DNA of 63,148 nucleotides, counting the filler, from Collodictyon triciliatum (taxonomy: Eukaryota), in assembly GCA_043381765.1 (NCBI GenBank). It is 7 parts of 7 records of this genome, joined end to end, with 100 filler letters (N's around TTAATTAATTAA, not from the genome) between each part and the next. Parts side by side here need not be neighbours in the genome. Positions count along the whole stretch, not along the records: positions 44,758 to 55,839 come from JBHJMP010002490.1; positions 55,940 to 61,462 come from JBHJMP010002534.1; 5 more parts are not named here. One strand, given 5' to 3'. The notes beneath the pieces were generated by a model. It was not told the DNA's origin, did no database searches, and saw only the letters and a list, made by a program, of their open reading frames with translations. Position numbers and translations under genes: made by a program. Shown piece after piece: positions 44,938-59,527 of this stretch. The number at the start of each line of letters is the position of its first letter. The stretch's first letter is position 1.

Positions 44938-47621
44938 ATGTTCAACTTTGTGCGAAGGACTCGAGCATTCCAGTCAATCGGGGTAGGATAAAATCAAATA
45001 TTGAATGGTCATATATTCCGCTATGAATGCACAGCCTCGCACCAACATCATCAGAAATCGTTCGAATATTTACATTTTCCTCTCTGCTTACTGAATGTCA
45101 TCTCCTTGTGTATATGTGTATACATACGTAAAGCTGCCCTCCCCAATTCATCTCAGGAACCAAAAAAGGTCTGTCAACTCAAACACACTCGTGCAATCAT
45201 ACCAACCATGGAATCAAGTGCAACACTTTGATTCTCTTTGTCGAATGGCCAGAAAAGCAATCCAATGCGCTTTTGACCTATGTCCGATTGAATCATAGAT
45301 ACATGCACAGCAGCTTGGACAGTGGTTCAAAATCAACGACTTTGGTGGATTCGTTTCAGAGGTTTCATAATTACTTGCGGATCAGCCTCACAGAAAAGTG
45401 TAATCTACGCTGCCAATACTGCATGCCTGAAGAGGGTGTCAACGTATATACTCATTTACGCATCTTTTCAGTGATTTTGAAATGAAGTTGTGATATTTCG
45501 ATGTTATCATTATTTCTTTGGGGAAAAATAGAATGACAGATATCAGAACCATCACATAACATAATTGTTTTGTGGATTAATATTCGGCTCTGTGGTTATA
45601 GCTCCAACCGAAGGACCATATCTTGAGTGCTGATGAAATAGTATATTTAGCTAGGTGTTTCGCATCTCAAGGTATTCATTCTTTCACTTCACCCTAAATA
45701 CATTTGCCCTTCTTCTTTTTTTCTTCTTCTCCTTGTCATACACTTCCTCATCTTTCAACAAATATTTTAATCTACGGGCGAATATGAAAGAAAAGGAAAG
45801 CAAGAAAGTATGGCATTGATCGTTTGATTCAAAATGACGCTCAATCACTGACTTTGAATCCAAACCTGATCCTCAGGTGTCTCAAAAATAAGGCTCACAG
45901 GGGGCGAACCAACAGTGCGAAGAGATGTGCTGAGCATTATCGAGCAGCTGGTAATGAGCGACATCCTCGTTTTCTCTCACAAGATGTTTTCCTTCTCCAA
46001 CTCAATATCTGCGTCTGTATGTAAATTAATCTTGATCTTAATAAAATAAATAATAAAATACAGAAAGGAATCGATGGAATTAATACTGTCGCTATGACAT
46101 CTAATGGAATCGCTCTGGCAAAAATGCTACCATCTTTCAAGGAAGCAGGTGTGTTGGCATTTGCTGCCAGTTTCTCTTCGAGTAAATAATTTACACTTTG
46201 TTTCGATGATATGAATGACTCTTATTCAGTGGTATTGATTATGTATGAAAAGAAAATAATCGGGATTATGAAACCGATTTTCCTATGGTCTAGGGTTGAC
46301 TCACTTGAACATAAGCCTGGATACTTTGATTCCTGCAAAGTTTGAATTCATTACCCGCCGTCCAGGCTTCCACAAAGTGATGGAGTCTATTGATAAAGCA
46401 TTGGAGGTTGTTGCTATGTTTTTTTTCTCTCTCTCTCTCTTTAATTGAATGTGCAATCATTCTTATAATAAAATGTTGACTAGGGAGAGAATCCAAACCA
46501 TATTTCAGTCATTTTTCTTCGCACTCTTTTCAATTCCTGCAGGCAGAATCATGATTTAGATGCTATTGACCTCATCAAATTTAATACTCGGGGGTTGATA
46601 GATTTCCATGAATCCTTTAAAAGTGAACGTCGTTGTGATGAAAGGTCTGAATGATGATGAAATGGTGGATTTTGTTCATTTTACCAAAGACCGAAACCTG
46701 GAAGTTCGTTTTATTGAATACATGCCATTCGACGGAAATAAATGGAATGATAAAAAAGTACAGCTTTTATTATTTTAAACAATATCTGCATCCGCGCTAC
46801 ATTGTCACATTTTCACATTATTATTCTGATGTACATGACTTCAGTGGACTTTTCTTAACTTCGCCATGCACTCATCCCAGTTGGTTCCTTATTCTAAAAT
46901 GCTGGAAAGAATAAAAGCATCGGGTTTAGAGTTGGTAAGAGTGAGAGATGAACTGAACGACACAGCAAAAAACTACAAAGTGGAAGGTTATAAAGGAAGG
47001 TAATACTGCTAGGATAGAAATAGCGATTACTCGGATAATATTCCATGACTATTTCGATAATAGCAATGTGTTAGTTAATACATGATACATATCGGCTCAC
47101 TGCCTTTTTGGTTTTATGATTTTATTCTTTATTTAGAGTGGGATTCATTTCATCCATGACTGAGCACTTTTGTGGGACTTGCAACAGAATTAGACTCACA
47201 GCAGACGGGAATTTGAAAGGTTTTTTTTATAGAAAATTTTGCAGAGCTTTTAACATTTATAGATAAAAAAAAAGAAGAATTTTTGTGGCAATATCGTACA
47301 CGTATCAGAGTATTTGAAAGAAGGAAATGATGCTAACAAGTCTAAATGCCAATAAGTTTGTCTGTTTGGCAACGAAGAAGTGTCCCTTCGAGACGTTATC
47401 CGGAATCCAAACCACACAACACAAGGTTCTTGTTTAAATAACACCATTTATTTTGATGGGTGAACATTTCTTTTCGTACGCAATTTTATTGAAAAAAGGG
47501 ATTACATTTAGAATTGACAGACATAATATCAGCAGCTGTCAAACGAAAGAAACCAAAGCACGGTGGTATGTATGATATTGCAAAATCTGAAAACCGACCC
47601 ATGATTTTGATTGGCGGTTAA
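44938..47621 (+). CDS. MOCS1: GTP 3',8-cyclase (MOCS1A/MoaA/CNX2), multi-exon
   Basis: [19 protein letters not shown] radical SAM motif, [38 protein letters not shown]-terminal RPMILIGG*; presequence-like N-terminus [11 protein letters not shown]. Confidence 0.93.
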
Positions 47622-47982
47622 GAACAATCTTATCGTACTTTGTATCTGAGTTGAAATGGATGTGTAGAGAAAAGGGGTCATGAAAATTTCCATAGCAATA
47701 AATATTAGTCAATCAAATGAAATAAAATTGAAATAATTTCTTAATAAAAGAAAAAAAGATAATGGTGGTGGTGATTATCTGAAGCTTATTTGCACATCGA
47801 AATTTGTAAGATAAAATCATGAAGAATCTTTGAACTTTGTGAAAACAAAACAAAATGGTGATACAAATTATATCTGCAATCACATGCAGTTTTTCTATAC
47901 GAATGCAAAGTACCAAACAAAAAGAACTGAAGGAAATAGCCATTTTCAAGGACGCACAGAAATCAACCAAAAAAAAATCTAG

Positions 47983-49584
47983 TGAAACGCAACAGACTCG
48001 GGTTGGTGAATGAAAATTCGGCATCATCGGTCCGCAGATTCATTCTGTTTCGCAAGTCCTCGCCTCAAATCGGGATTAGTGTCTTCTGCAATCCCAAAAT
48101 ACGTCCGAGTGTGGTAGAAGCAGAAGTTTGTGGAGTCCGTTTCTATACCACAAAAACAAAGGAACTGACGCACGTGGATTATGAAGGAAAAGTTTGAGCA
48201 TTGTCTCACATTTGCTGACTAGTCGGAATGTCCTTTTTTTTTTTTCTTCATTTTTTTAATTCTTTGTTCTTTGTTCAAAAAAATCAATTCATATATAACG
48301 CACTCCAATCTGATGAAAACAGAAGATTATCTGCGTTAATTGGAAGAAAAAAACAAGCCAATTAAATGGTTACTTATGCGAATGCAGCGCAATTGAATTA
48401 AACGAAGCATGCCTTTCTTTCAACACGATTAGATTAACATGGTTGATATTGCACACAAAAACACCACGCTTCGCACGGCAGAGGCTTCTGGGAGAGTTCT
48501 CTTGAATAAGGAGGCTTTTCACTTGGTCAAGTCGAATGCTTTAAAGAAGGGCGATGTGATTAGCGTAGCAAAGGTTCTTACAAAGTTGCCCATGAGAGAC
48601 CCAAACTGAAAACCTCTTTTATTTTGCAAATTATTTTTTTATTTTTAAAAGGGGGAAAAAAAAGAAAGAGACGAGACGAATGTAAAATAGAGTAAAACCA
48701 CACATGATTTCAAATGTAGATTGCAGCCATTATGGGAGCCAAGCAAACCAGCAATCTTATTCCTTTGTGCCACGCTGTTTCGTTAAGTTCTGTAAGTATA
48801 TCACACAGGATTTAAACAGAAAAAAAAAGTCTAATATTCAAAATTAATAAAGTAATTAATTTATTATTATTATTATTGCTTGTATGAACATATGTTTATT
48901 TTACCTGCATTACATCAAGCTCGCCTCTGAATTATCTTGACTTTGTGTCTGAAAAGATTACTCCATCTGTCCTATTTACATATAGCTATCATTCACGCAA
49001 CCATTCTTTCATTGCTGTTCTCTCATTCTCTTTTTGTTTGACTCCGGATATCCAATCTCATTGAACTGTGAATTCGGCACATGATTTAGAAGCCATCTGT
49101 CATCTCACACACAAACACAGACACAGACACAAACACAAACACAAACACAAACACTCTTTTGCGGCGACCGTGCTGTGCATAGGTGACTTGTGCAGTTGGT
49201 CTTGATGACTCGGACCATTCTGTTGTTGTTCGCTGCAGGGCACAAACGGCTGGGCAGACTGGGGTGGAGATGGAGGCTCTGACAGCCGCGTCGGTTGCCT
49301 GCCTCACAATCTACGACATGGTGAAGGTATGTCTCCCAGCTGCTGCTGCTCTCTTTGACTCTCCCCGGGTGCAGTCTTGGGAATACCATCGCTCACTTTC
49401 ATAGCACGACTTGGAATATTTCTCTTGTGAAATGCATATATATATAATTAGAACTAATAATCATTATTGGTTCTACAAGGCTGTCTCAAAGGAGAGTGTG
49501 ATTGCAAATATACGGTTGGACTCCAAGACTGGTGGCAAAAGCGGCGATTATATTCGTGCGGGATACACAATTAGCTCTGATTAA
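47983..49584 (+). CDS. MOCS1: Cyclic pyranopterin monophosphate synthase (MOCS1B/MoaC/CNX3), multi-exon, no evident ATG of its own
   Basis: [70 protein letters not shown] at 49582-49584. Confidence 0.9.
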
Positions 49585-49903
49585 TAAACGTATCCTCTTC
49601 TGGGTTCGTCAAAATAGTTCAAACAAGATTTCTCTGGGGGAATGGCTGCTACATGACTTTGGTGCGAGTTTGGTCGAAGAGAGATATGTAATGCACATCT
49701 CAAACCAGTGAAGCATCGCCGCGCAACCCAAAATCAAAGAATTGAACAGAACGAGACTATATGACATAAAGGAATTATCGTGTTGGACGCACCCACTCGA
49801 ATTGAAGGCCCAAATATGAACTCTAATCTATTATAGAGCCGGTCAGTTTCGCACGGTCCGGTGACATTTATTTCTTCCTTTGCAGTCTCCCTGTTGTTTT
49901 TTT

Positions 49904-50293
49904 TTAAACGCCTGAGACGGTTGGGGTGTTGACTTGAGGGCCTGTGAATTTTTTTAAAGAGGTAAAGGCTGTTGAGAGATTGCGGGCAAAGCGAATGGGC
50001 GCAGAAATCTTTTTTTTTAAAAAAAAAAAAACAGCAAATAGAAGAATAAAAACTAAATTTTCCATCGCATGAAAATTTAAAAAAAGAAAAAAGGCGACAA
50101 AGAGAGAAAAGGAAAGATATTATTCACTAAGGAGTAATATATAATCGGTCGGGAGTATGAAGATGTCTTTTGCATTTCTTCACTGACCTGCAGGTCGAGG
50201 TACGAACTCTGGTAAGACTTGATTCATTGAATTTGCCTCGTAGATGCGTCCGTCTTTCATGACATGAGAAAGCTGCAAGCAAGTAGACGATTT

Positions 50294-50386
<93 letters not shown>

Positions 50387-53300
50387 TTTCGATTGTGATT
50401 TGAGAGGAATGGAAAGAATTCTATCAATCGATGGACCAAAAGAGCATACATATTGCACATTGAAGATGTCATCCAATGGGCTTTTGCTGGCAGGATAAAT
50501 GACAAGATCACCAAGTTTGCCGACTTCAAGAGAGCCGATATACTGCGATTTTGTGAAGGAAATGCAAAGGTTAAAAAAAAGACATTCAGATGATTTCCTT
50601 CGACGAGTCAACCGAATGGGTGTATTCAGATGTGCTGGTTATCAACCAACATATATATCCATCTGGCTGGATGCTAAAACTCGAGGCAGAGAACCTTGTC
50701 AAGTCCAAGCTGTCTCGCTCCTTCGAGGGAAGCCGTCTTCAAGACTTGAAGCGGAGACATTCCACCTTGGTACATCATAAACATCTCCCAATGGTACGCG
50801 ATGCCCTGTGGATGTATTTAGATAAGCTCACGCAATAGTGTAAAATATGTGCACACCTCATTCGAAAAGGATGATGAAGTCTGGGTTTGATGAGTATAGA
50901 CACATCAAGTCTTCCTGCGACAACATAACGAAATGTGCAAAGCAAACGCATACGAAGCAGACAAACCTGTTGCTGGCCATGCGCACCGCAACCAACGGGG
51001 ACGCCCAACTCGCTTAGTGCGCGAACAGAAGCCGTCACCTTGAAGTGGTAGTAATCTTCTGGGGCCTATGTTGTAAAGATTTTCTGTCAGATTTGATTTC
51101 CAGTTCACTTGGTATAGTTAAACAATTGATAGATAACACAATTATTATCATTTTTGAAAGAGAGAAAAGAGAACAAAGAAAAGAACTTATGGATGATTAA
51201 TGCCTTAGCAGCAACGCGACGAACAGAGCGCGGATAGAGGCTGCTGAGAGGAACAAACTGCGTCAGTCTCTCGTTGGCATACACCTCATCCACCTGATAC
51301 CAATAGTGTTCTCCCCTTAAATCACCATAGCAGACGCCCTAGTAAAGAGATGTAAACATTCCCACTCCGGACATCAATAAACACACGAATTACGAGAGAA
51401 GGACAGCGTGGTAGTGGATACTACCGACAAAGGTTTTTTTGTAAAAGAAAATAATCAAAACAGCATAACCCTGTCAATCACACCAAATAACTTTCTTCAA
51501 ATCAAACCAACATCTCAAGTAAATATGCCCTTTAAACTGAAAGAAGGAAGCGAAAAGAAAAATCACAAGGGTTGGGTTGTATCCAGTTCCACTGCGAGAA
51601 AAGAGTTCCTTCACATCGTTGTAAAGCGGTGCCACGGGCAAATTATGCTCGACAGTTGTGTGCCCATCCACAAGCATGTTCAGATTCCATTGGAAGTTCA
51701 TTCCTCCCTCTGGAACGACAGCCTAGACGCAACAATCATTTTTTGAAACACATAAATACATTTTTTCAAACTTAAAAGCGTACAAACTTTATATAAAAAA
51801 AATAGATAAACGAACGACTAGAACTAATAACTTCATTCATAAACTTTTCATTACAGGAAGTGCGAGTTTAAATTTTGCACCGCCTTTTTTTATATAAAAA
51901 AATATCAAATTGTATATGACGCTGTATCGAAGTCTTCAATATGATGGCAAAATCAAACCATGGATAGGTTTCGAGCAACTTCGATAATGCGTTGGCGTGC
52001 AGAGCGACATGGCTGTTGGTATGACTTGACAGACCAGGCACCGTAGGACTTCAGGCGCTTCATTGCTGATGTGACCCAAAGAAGAATTAAAAAAAACAAA
52101 ATTATGCGGAAATATAAAAGCTGCCAAAGGGGGGAAAAAAGTACTTGGAGATTCAGAAATGGTAAGGGTATTTATTTGCCAATCCATTATCTATTATTGA
52201 AAGAATACCTCTTTCAGCGTCCCGGATACTATTGATTTCGCATCGAATATCACCTCCAGCTCCATAAATAATAGTGCCGGTACTGGAAATAAATGCATAT
52301 ATAAGAAAGTTAATTGCTTTGGTTTTGATGGAAATCAACTGCGTCTGGATGTGCTCATTATCAATCACAACCACCGAAACAGTGGCTGAGAAAGGAGAAT
52401 AGAGTGCCTATGAAAGAAAATGTGGAGGAATAAACGTTAAGACTGAAAGGTGACAAAGAAAAAGAAACCTGAAGAGACGCGGCCCTGTTTTCTTTCCAGA
52501 ACGAACGAGCTCTGCATCTGCGAAGGTAGCCAAGGTATCAGATGATGGATTATGAAGGGTGGTGACTCCAAAAGCAAGATTGGCCAGATATTCCCAGCTT
52601 GAACGGACTGTATATCTACGCCAGATAAAAATGTATCACAGACAGTTTAGTGCGAGCAGATGAATGAATCTTTAAATGTATGTGATGCAGACAATCATTT
52701 CAAAGAGTGTTTTGTGCATGTGCGTGATTCTTGATGCCTTTCTTGCGCGCCAGTATGCTCGTATTTGGTTACTACCTGCTAGTTCCGCTCCAGTGCGCGT
52801 GTGTGTCAATATATCCTGGAGAGACAGAACCGCCAGCGACGTCCAGGATTTTGGCGTTGGGAGGAATGCTCACTTGTTGGCGCGGTCCAAGTGCCGTGAT
52901 GACTCCGTTTTCAATCACGATTCTGCCGTTGGCGATGACATCACTCTTTGAGTTCAATGTGATGATATTGGCATTGTCGATGACTATGGGAGTTGACGAC
53001 AGGCCGGTGGTGGATGTGACAGACAAATCGGTGACTCTACCATGGCAATTTAAGTTCAGAGTCATGTATACGTTTAATTATTTTGCTTTTATTTTTAATA
53101 AAGGCTCGTAGAGTAATGTAAAAAACAAAAACAAAAAAGTTTGATTGAAATATTTACTTAAACTCGGAACATGGCAAAGAGATTAGAAAATTAGTGGTAA
53201 TTATTGATGGCCTTATTTTAAGCGCTTTTTTTCCTTCAAAAACTTACCGAATATATGGTTTTGCACATTGGAGATTGTACTCATTAGAGTCACTTGAACC

Positions 53301-53632
53301 ACTCTGGCAGGCACGAATGACATCAGATACTGTGACCTCGAATAAATCTTTTCCGAGAAGCCAACGCAGAGTCTTTCCATCGTTGGAGAATCGTACAACT
53401 TCGCCTCCTGTACGATACGAGGTTAAGTATAATAATAGTAATCAAAACCGTGGTCATTATAATGAAGGAAAATATACTGAATGCGGTGTTTCTGCTGCCT
53501 CATATAAAAAATCCAAAAGCAAATACTTCACTTAATTACCATTCTCTGAGAGTCGAATTACCCCGGGCGATGCGATTGCTAAGTTGCGGTTGGTATAAAA
53601 AATGTAAGTCTTTTGATGTCAGAATGAGTAAC

Positions 53633-53686
<54 letters not shown>

Positions 53687-55440
53687 AACACGAGAAAACA
53701 TAAATATAATTATGACTATGTAACATACAAAGGTATTAGTAATATATATATATATATATGTATAAAAAAAAGCAACTGCTGTGGTTAGAGGAAAAAGCTT
53801 TGCATAAATATGGATAGCAGTTGATTATTGAGTTCATCATGAGGCAAGTAGATTTAATCTCACATGGACGAGAAGTGTAGTCACCAGTCCAAGAGGGGTT
53901 GAAAGTGGTCAAGTAAACTTCATAGAATTCAAGGAAGGCGATGTACTGCAATATAAATTATGATATGACAATTATTTTTGCTGTATTTTGTTTGTTTATT
54001 TATTTATGTATTTATTTATTTGTTTGTTTGTTTGTTTTCCATTTATATTTATGCGTGTTTTTACCTGCTTATCAGTTGATGCAGTGATTTCCGGTGCATA
54101 TGAACTGGTAGCAATTTTAGATGTACTTCCAGTGCTGATGATGTATTCAAAAACCTATAAAAAAAAAAAGGGGATATGATAATAACATTAAAATGTACAA
54201 GGATGTCATCAGAATGATTTCACTCTGAAAATCCCTAAAAGAAGACGTCCACATACATATCCATACTGGCTGACTATGAGACTGCTTGAGGTGAGCGAAA
54301 ACCTTGCAAAGTCACCACTTGTAACACGAACAGGGGTTCTAGCACCTTTTTATTTTATTTTATTTTATTTTGATTTGCGTTACTTTTCTGTACAGCTATT
54401 AGAAAAAAGATGAGATTGAAAATGAAAATTGAACCAACAAACAGGCCACAGCAAACATCGGAAAGACTTGGACAGCACAAGAAAAGTGATGAAGGAATCG
54501 AATTACTTTCTTACCCAAAATCGTTTCGCCACTCCTAATCAAATCCACGGTATAAATACCAGAGCCGAGGCCGTACTTGGGCCCACTTAGATAGTCAGAA
54601 GGCAAGCGTGTAAACACAACTTTGCTATCATCAGGAGAAAACGACGGCTCTATGTAGCGACCTGGGGTAGTTGTCACAGCGATGGGCCTGCCCATCAGAT
54701 GAATTAAAGAGAATCGGGGATAAGAAATAGGGATAAGAAATGAAGATGACACAAAGGAGACAAAGAAGAAAATATGCAAGTGAACCCTTTAGACTTTTTT
54801 GATTTTTCTTTGAATAAAAGTCTGTACGCGCTGCTTCCGATTTGATATATTTCGACGCGCCCGAATTCTGTATCGCTCCATCGCACTTGAACGACATAAC
54901 GCCCAGAATTTGACAGCTTTGGAGAGAATTCAAGTATGTCCTCAGGGATAGATGTCAGAAGACCTGGAACTCCGTTTGGCAAAGTTTTGACTGTATATTG
55001 ATGTTGCATTTTGTTACCAGTTCTTTGTTTAGAGGAATGGTTTGTCTAGAAAATAGGTAGTGGATTGAAAGTTCATAAAGCAATCCTTTTTTGAAGCATG
55101 ATATAGCAGCAAAGGGCGGGAAAGTATGTGAAATGATGATACCATAAGTGCGAGCAAGTGCTGTGAAGACAACTTGCGACCCACGAGCATCCACATCAGC
55201 ATAGGAGACTACTTTCGTGCTGAATTGTGACCCAGTGCTGTAATAGAGGCGAATGAAACATTTCAGGGAGAAGCCACAGAAAAAAAAAAAGGACAAGAAC
55301 AAATAACTAAAAAAGGAAACTAGAAAATGGAGCATCGTCGGAGCAAATAGCATTTGTAGAAAATTTGAAGTCGGACCTTGGATCAATTTGAGGACGAACA
55401 GTCTGGGCCAGAGGGATACTGCATGAAATGAGTTTGATGG
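49904..55440 (-). CDS. Amidohydrolase with N-terminal TolB/PD40-like beta-propeller, multi-exon, 5'-truncated
   Basis: PGYIDTHAHW, FGVTTLHNP, DGHTTVEHNLP, GAHGQQQ, GSLEVGKLGDLVIY, VMKDGRIYEA; propeller motifs PSFSPDDSKVVF and FSPKLSNSG; likely last exon GPQVNTPTVSGV*. Confidence 0.82.
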
Positions 55441-55514
55441 CAAAGTTTAGTTCATTTAGCAGGATGAGGAATCTAGTCATTCATTCCACATATCTTGGCT
55501 CTTTTTTAAAAAAT

Positions 55515-55839
55515 GTTTTTTTGTTTTTTTTTTGTGTTTTTGTTTTCTTTTGTTTTCTTTTGTTTTTCTTTTGTTTTTCTTTTGTTTTTCTTTTTTTGTT
55601 TTCTTTTTTGTTTTCTTTTTTGTTTTCTTTTTTGTTTTCTTTTTTGTTTTCTTTTTTGTTTTCTTTTTTGTTTTCTTTTTGTTTTTTTTTTGTGTTTTTG
55701 TTTTCTTTTGTTTTCTTTTGTTTTCTTTTGTTTTCTTTTGTTTTTCTTTTGTTTTTCTTTTTTTGTTTTCTTTTTGTTTTCTTTTTGTTTTCTTTTTGTT
55801 TTCTTTTTTGTTTTCTTTTTTGTTTTCTTTTTTGTTTTC
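55515..55839. repeat. T-rich degenerate (TTTTGTTTTC)n repeat at contig end
   Basis: Direct inspection. Confidence 0.85.
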
Positions 55840-55943
55840 NNNNNNNNNNNNNNNNNNNNNNNNNNNNNNNNNNNNNNNNNNNNTTAATTAATTAANNNNN
55901 NNNNNNNNNNNNNNNNNNNNNNNNNNNNNNNNNNNNNNNCTCT

Positions 55944-56020
<77 letters not shown>

Positions 56021-56136
56021 TCGTCGTTCTCCTATAAACTTTCACACATATTCCTTTTTTTTTTTTTCAAACAAAACCTTCCTTTTCGTTCAAGGAATAC
56101 ATTATTTCTCAAAGCTTACTGTTTGTGACAAAATAG

Positions 56137-58890
56137 AGCCGATGTTGCTAAAGTCGATCCTGTTGCCTCTGGCTTCATCCTCTTGTTTGGAAAGTGCATC
56201 GATGCTTTGACGGATCCTTTCGTCGGCCAACTGAGCGATCGAACAGTTTCTCGTTGGGGTCGACGCCGTCCTTGGATCATATTCGGGTCGATTCCTTTCG
56301 GTGAGCGCTTTGCCGTTATGTCCAAAGTGCTATAAGTTTCTTGTAATCATTTTGGACAAGTGGCGTCGCTTCTTTTCTTTTTCTTTATTCATTCTATATA
56401 ATGAGCACCGTTTGTCTTATTTTCAATTCTTCTAAAATGAGGGTGCCATTAGGGTTCTTCTACTTTTTGTTGTGGGTAGTACCTTCCGACGATCCTGGCG
56501 TGAACGTGGCATATTACTTTGTCGTCAGTGTCATACTTGATGCCCTTGGAACTGTCGTTTATGTTCCGTATTCATCCCTCTTGACAGACCTTGCAGACTC
56601 CTATGATGAGCGCACAGCATTGACTGGACTACGTCAGGTTGGCTGATATGATATATTCGTAGCTTAAGAATGCCATATCTTAATTATGTGGTATACAATC
56701 AAAAACACACACACATATATATCCATAGTTTCCCAATATTCCTATCATGTTCACCCATTGGTATTTCTTTTTCTCATTTACGAATGCATAACAACAGGTC
56801 TTTGGGCTTCTTGGGACCATCTTCGGCACCCTTGGCCATGCGGTGATACTCTTGGCAACCAGTAGCGGCGATACACTAGAGGTTTCTTTATCCAAAATAC
56901 CTTTTGTAATATTTTTGAATAAAACTTCCTCGCTGCAGACCTTAAATTCGAAAAATTGGATGACAAAGAGTGGGAAAGCATTCTTATGTCTAATTTTAAT
57001 TCACCTTTTTGAATAATTTTAATTTAGCATACCAAAAAAGGATATCTTATCAGCGGTGTGGTATTTGGAATTCTTATTGTAATCCCACTCTTGATTGTCG
57101 GCTTCTTCGTTGAGGAGCGCCCATCAGATACCGGTAGTAAGATCCAGGTAAAAAAAAAACAACGTATTTTCTTGATATATCGTAAAGTGTTAGTATAAAG
57201 ATTGCCTCATATGCCCCATCTGAAGAGTATGATGTTGATAGCTGTTCGCAAATACTCAAGCTGATAAAAAGAAGAAAAGAAAAGAATCAATTAAATTAAC
57301 TACTCAAGTGATTCCACTGACACCATATGTTTTATATCTGCGAAACAGTTTTGTTCGTTCTTATGTTCTTATAAGTTTTGATATCATCTCATAACAATGT
57401 TTCGTGTATACAATAGACTAAAGAATCAATCTCTGAATTTGCTTCCCGCTTCATCGCTGAAGTGAAATACTTGCTCAAAAATCGAGCTTATGTTATCCTA
57501 GTCGGGGTTTACTTATTCTCTTTCATGGTGAATCAGTTTTTCCAGGTACTACAATAATCATTTCTGCATCCGGATCAAGTATTGCTTGTTGACTATGTAG
57601 CTGTTGAATATACTTTTTTTTTATTGTAGTAAACAGTGATGAAGTGATTCAGATATTGCTTGATATTCTAGGGTTCCTTTTTGCTTTGGATCGAAAATGT
57701 TCTAGAAGAGGACAAAGGTGCTATTATTCTATTGATGATTGCCACAGTCTGTTCAGTCATCATCATTATCAGTGCTGCTCGAATGTCCAAAAAGTATTTT
57801 ACTCCAACCAATCAGTGAAAATAACTACACATTGCTCTTTCAAACATATAGATATAATGGATAGAATGAAGTGCGAAATTTTTTTGAGTGCAAACGAAAA
57901 GAAGAACGGTTTTTAATATCCACTGAATTGTGAATACTTCCCTTATACTAATTTACAGATATGGGAAAAAAACTACATATTTTTTCTTCGCTGGTGTTGC
58001 CTTGCCTGTGATGATGTGCACTCTCCTGGTGAAGAAAGGTCAGCTAGGTGCTGTGTTGGTTATGATTCCTCTCATCACCTTCAACAGCGCTACTTCTCTT
58101 CTGTTGCCCTTGGCTATGGTAAGTTTCGTTATTCAAGCCAGCACGAATATTCTCAAACATATCGATATTTGAACCCAGCCAGAGATGATATCCTTAATCG
58201 TATTGTTCTTTACTCAAAGCTACCAGATGTGATTGATAAGGACGAACTCGACTCTCACGTTCGTCGAGAGGGTTCTTTCTTTTCATTCTTCCTAATGGCC
58301 CAGAAAGTAGCACAAGCGTTGGCACTGGCCATCATTAACTTTTCAATTGGGGCCGCCGGGTATCATTCATATTATTTGCTACTCTATTACTAATAGTTAT
58401 ATACCTTCATGAGCCAGAAAAGTAGGGAATTAATTCGAAGTACCAAATAGATACAAACAACCTGAAGATGACGATGAAGAAGTGGACCAACCTGATGCAG
58501 TCAAAACTACATTGCGCTTGCTCGTAGGCCCCATCCCGTGTATATGTGGGTTGATCGCATTGTCTCTAGTTCGCATATATCCAATTACGAAGCAGGTTGG
58601 TGGTCGTTTCCTTTTTTTTTTTCTTTTCTTACTCCAACTCTTGGAAAACACAATTGCAGTTTTACAAAGTCAACCGATATAATTCAGAGAATGTGCCATG
58701 AATGGAAACTCAATTCGCAAAAGACATGAAAAGTAATGACTAAGAAAAGAACCTGGAAAGATGTTTGTTTCTCATTATAATCATTATTATTATTATTTTT
58801 TTTTATTATTTTGCGGCTCCCGACATATAGGTGGCAGAGGACGTTAAAGCTCAGCTCGCGAGACGCCAGGAGATGCCTGATCAGTTATAG
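56137..58890 (+). CDS. MFS transporter, GPH/MelB/MFSD2-like, multi-exon, 5'-truncated
   Basis: DALTDPFVGQLSDRTVSRWGRRRPWI, VPYSSLLTDL..DERTALTGLR, LPDVIDKDEL..RREGSFFSFF..QK, YPITK; TAG at 58888-58890. Confidence 0.88.
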
Positions 58891-59527
58891 ATATTGGAAA
58901 GAGGAGGAGCAAGGGTCAATAGCCAAATTTCATCACTGGGTTAGGATAGCTCAGCTTGTGCTCAGTAACCCGTCAGTCCGCTTCTTGAATCAGCTGCGTA
59001 TATCGAGAGATTCTGCCGGAGATGGCAGCTTAACCACAACTCCCAATAAACAAACCTATCCAAACAAGGTGATGCCGCCAGTCAATATATTAGCCCTCCG
59101 GTGCTCCTTGATGGTAGATTTTGTCGAAATCTGTTTGACTGTCAGGTCCTCTTAGTTTACTTTACTTTGTAACATCCGCAAATATCGACCGAGGCATCAC
59201 AGATTCTTTCTAACGACGAAAGCCAAACCTCAGCGAGCGAGCCGGTCGCTGCACCAATCCAATTTAGATGAACTATTTTGGAATATATAATATATAATAT
59301 ATATTTAAATTGTCTCTAATTTACAGTTTTGTATCCGTAAATATGTATTTTTTAAATCTTGTATGTAAATTGTGTAGATTCCAAAATCCGTTCACCTGTA
59401 TTTGGACATGCTGTAGTGTTGCAGAGCGATCAACAAAGCAATTCCATTCAAACAATCTCCAAAACGGCCGATCAACTTTGATCACTTTCATCAAAAGTCC
59501 TTCTGCAACAATCTTCTGTCTCATCAC

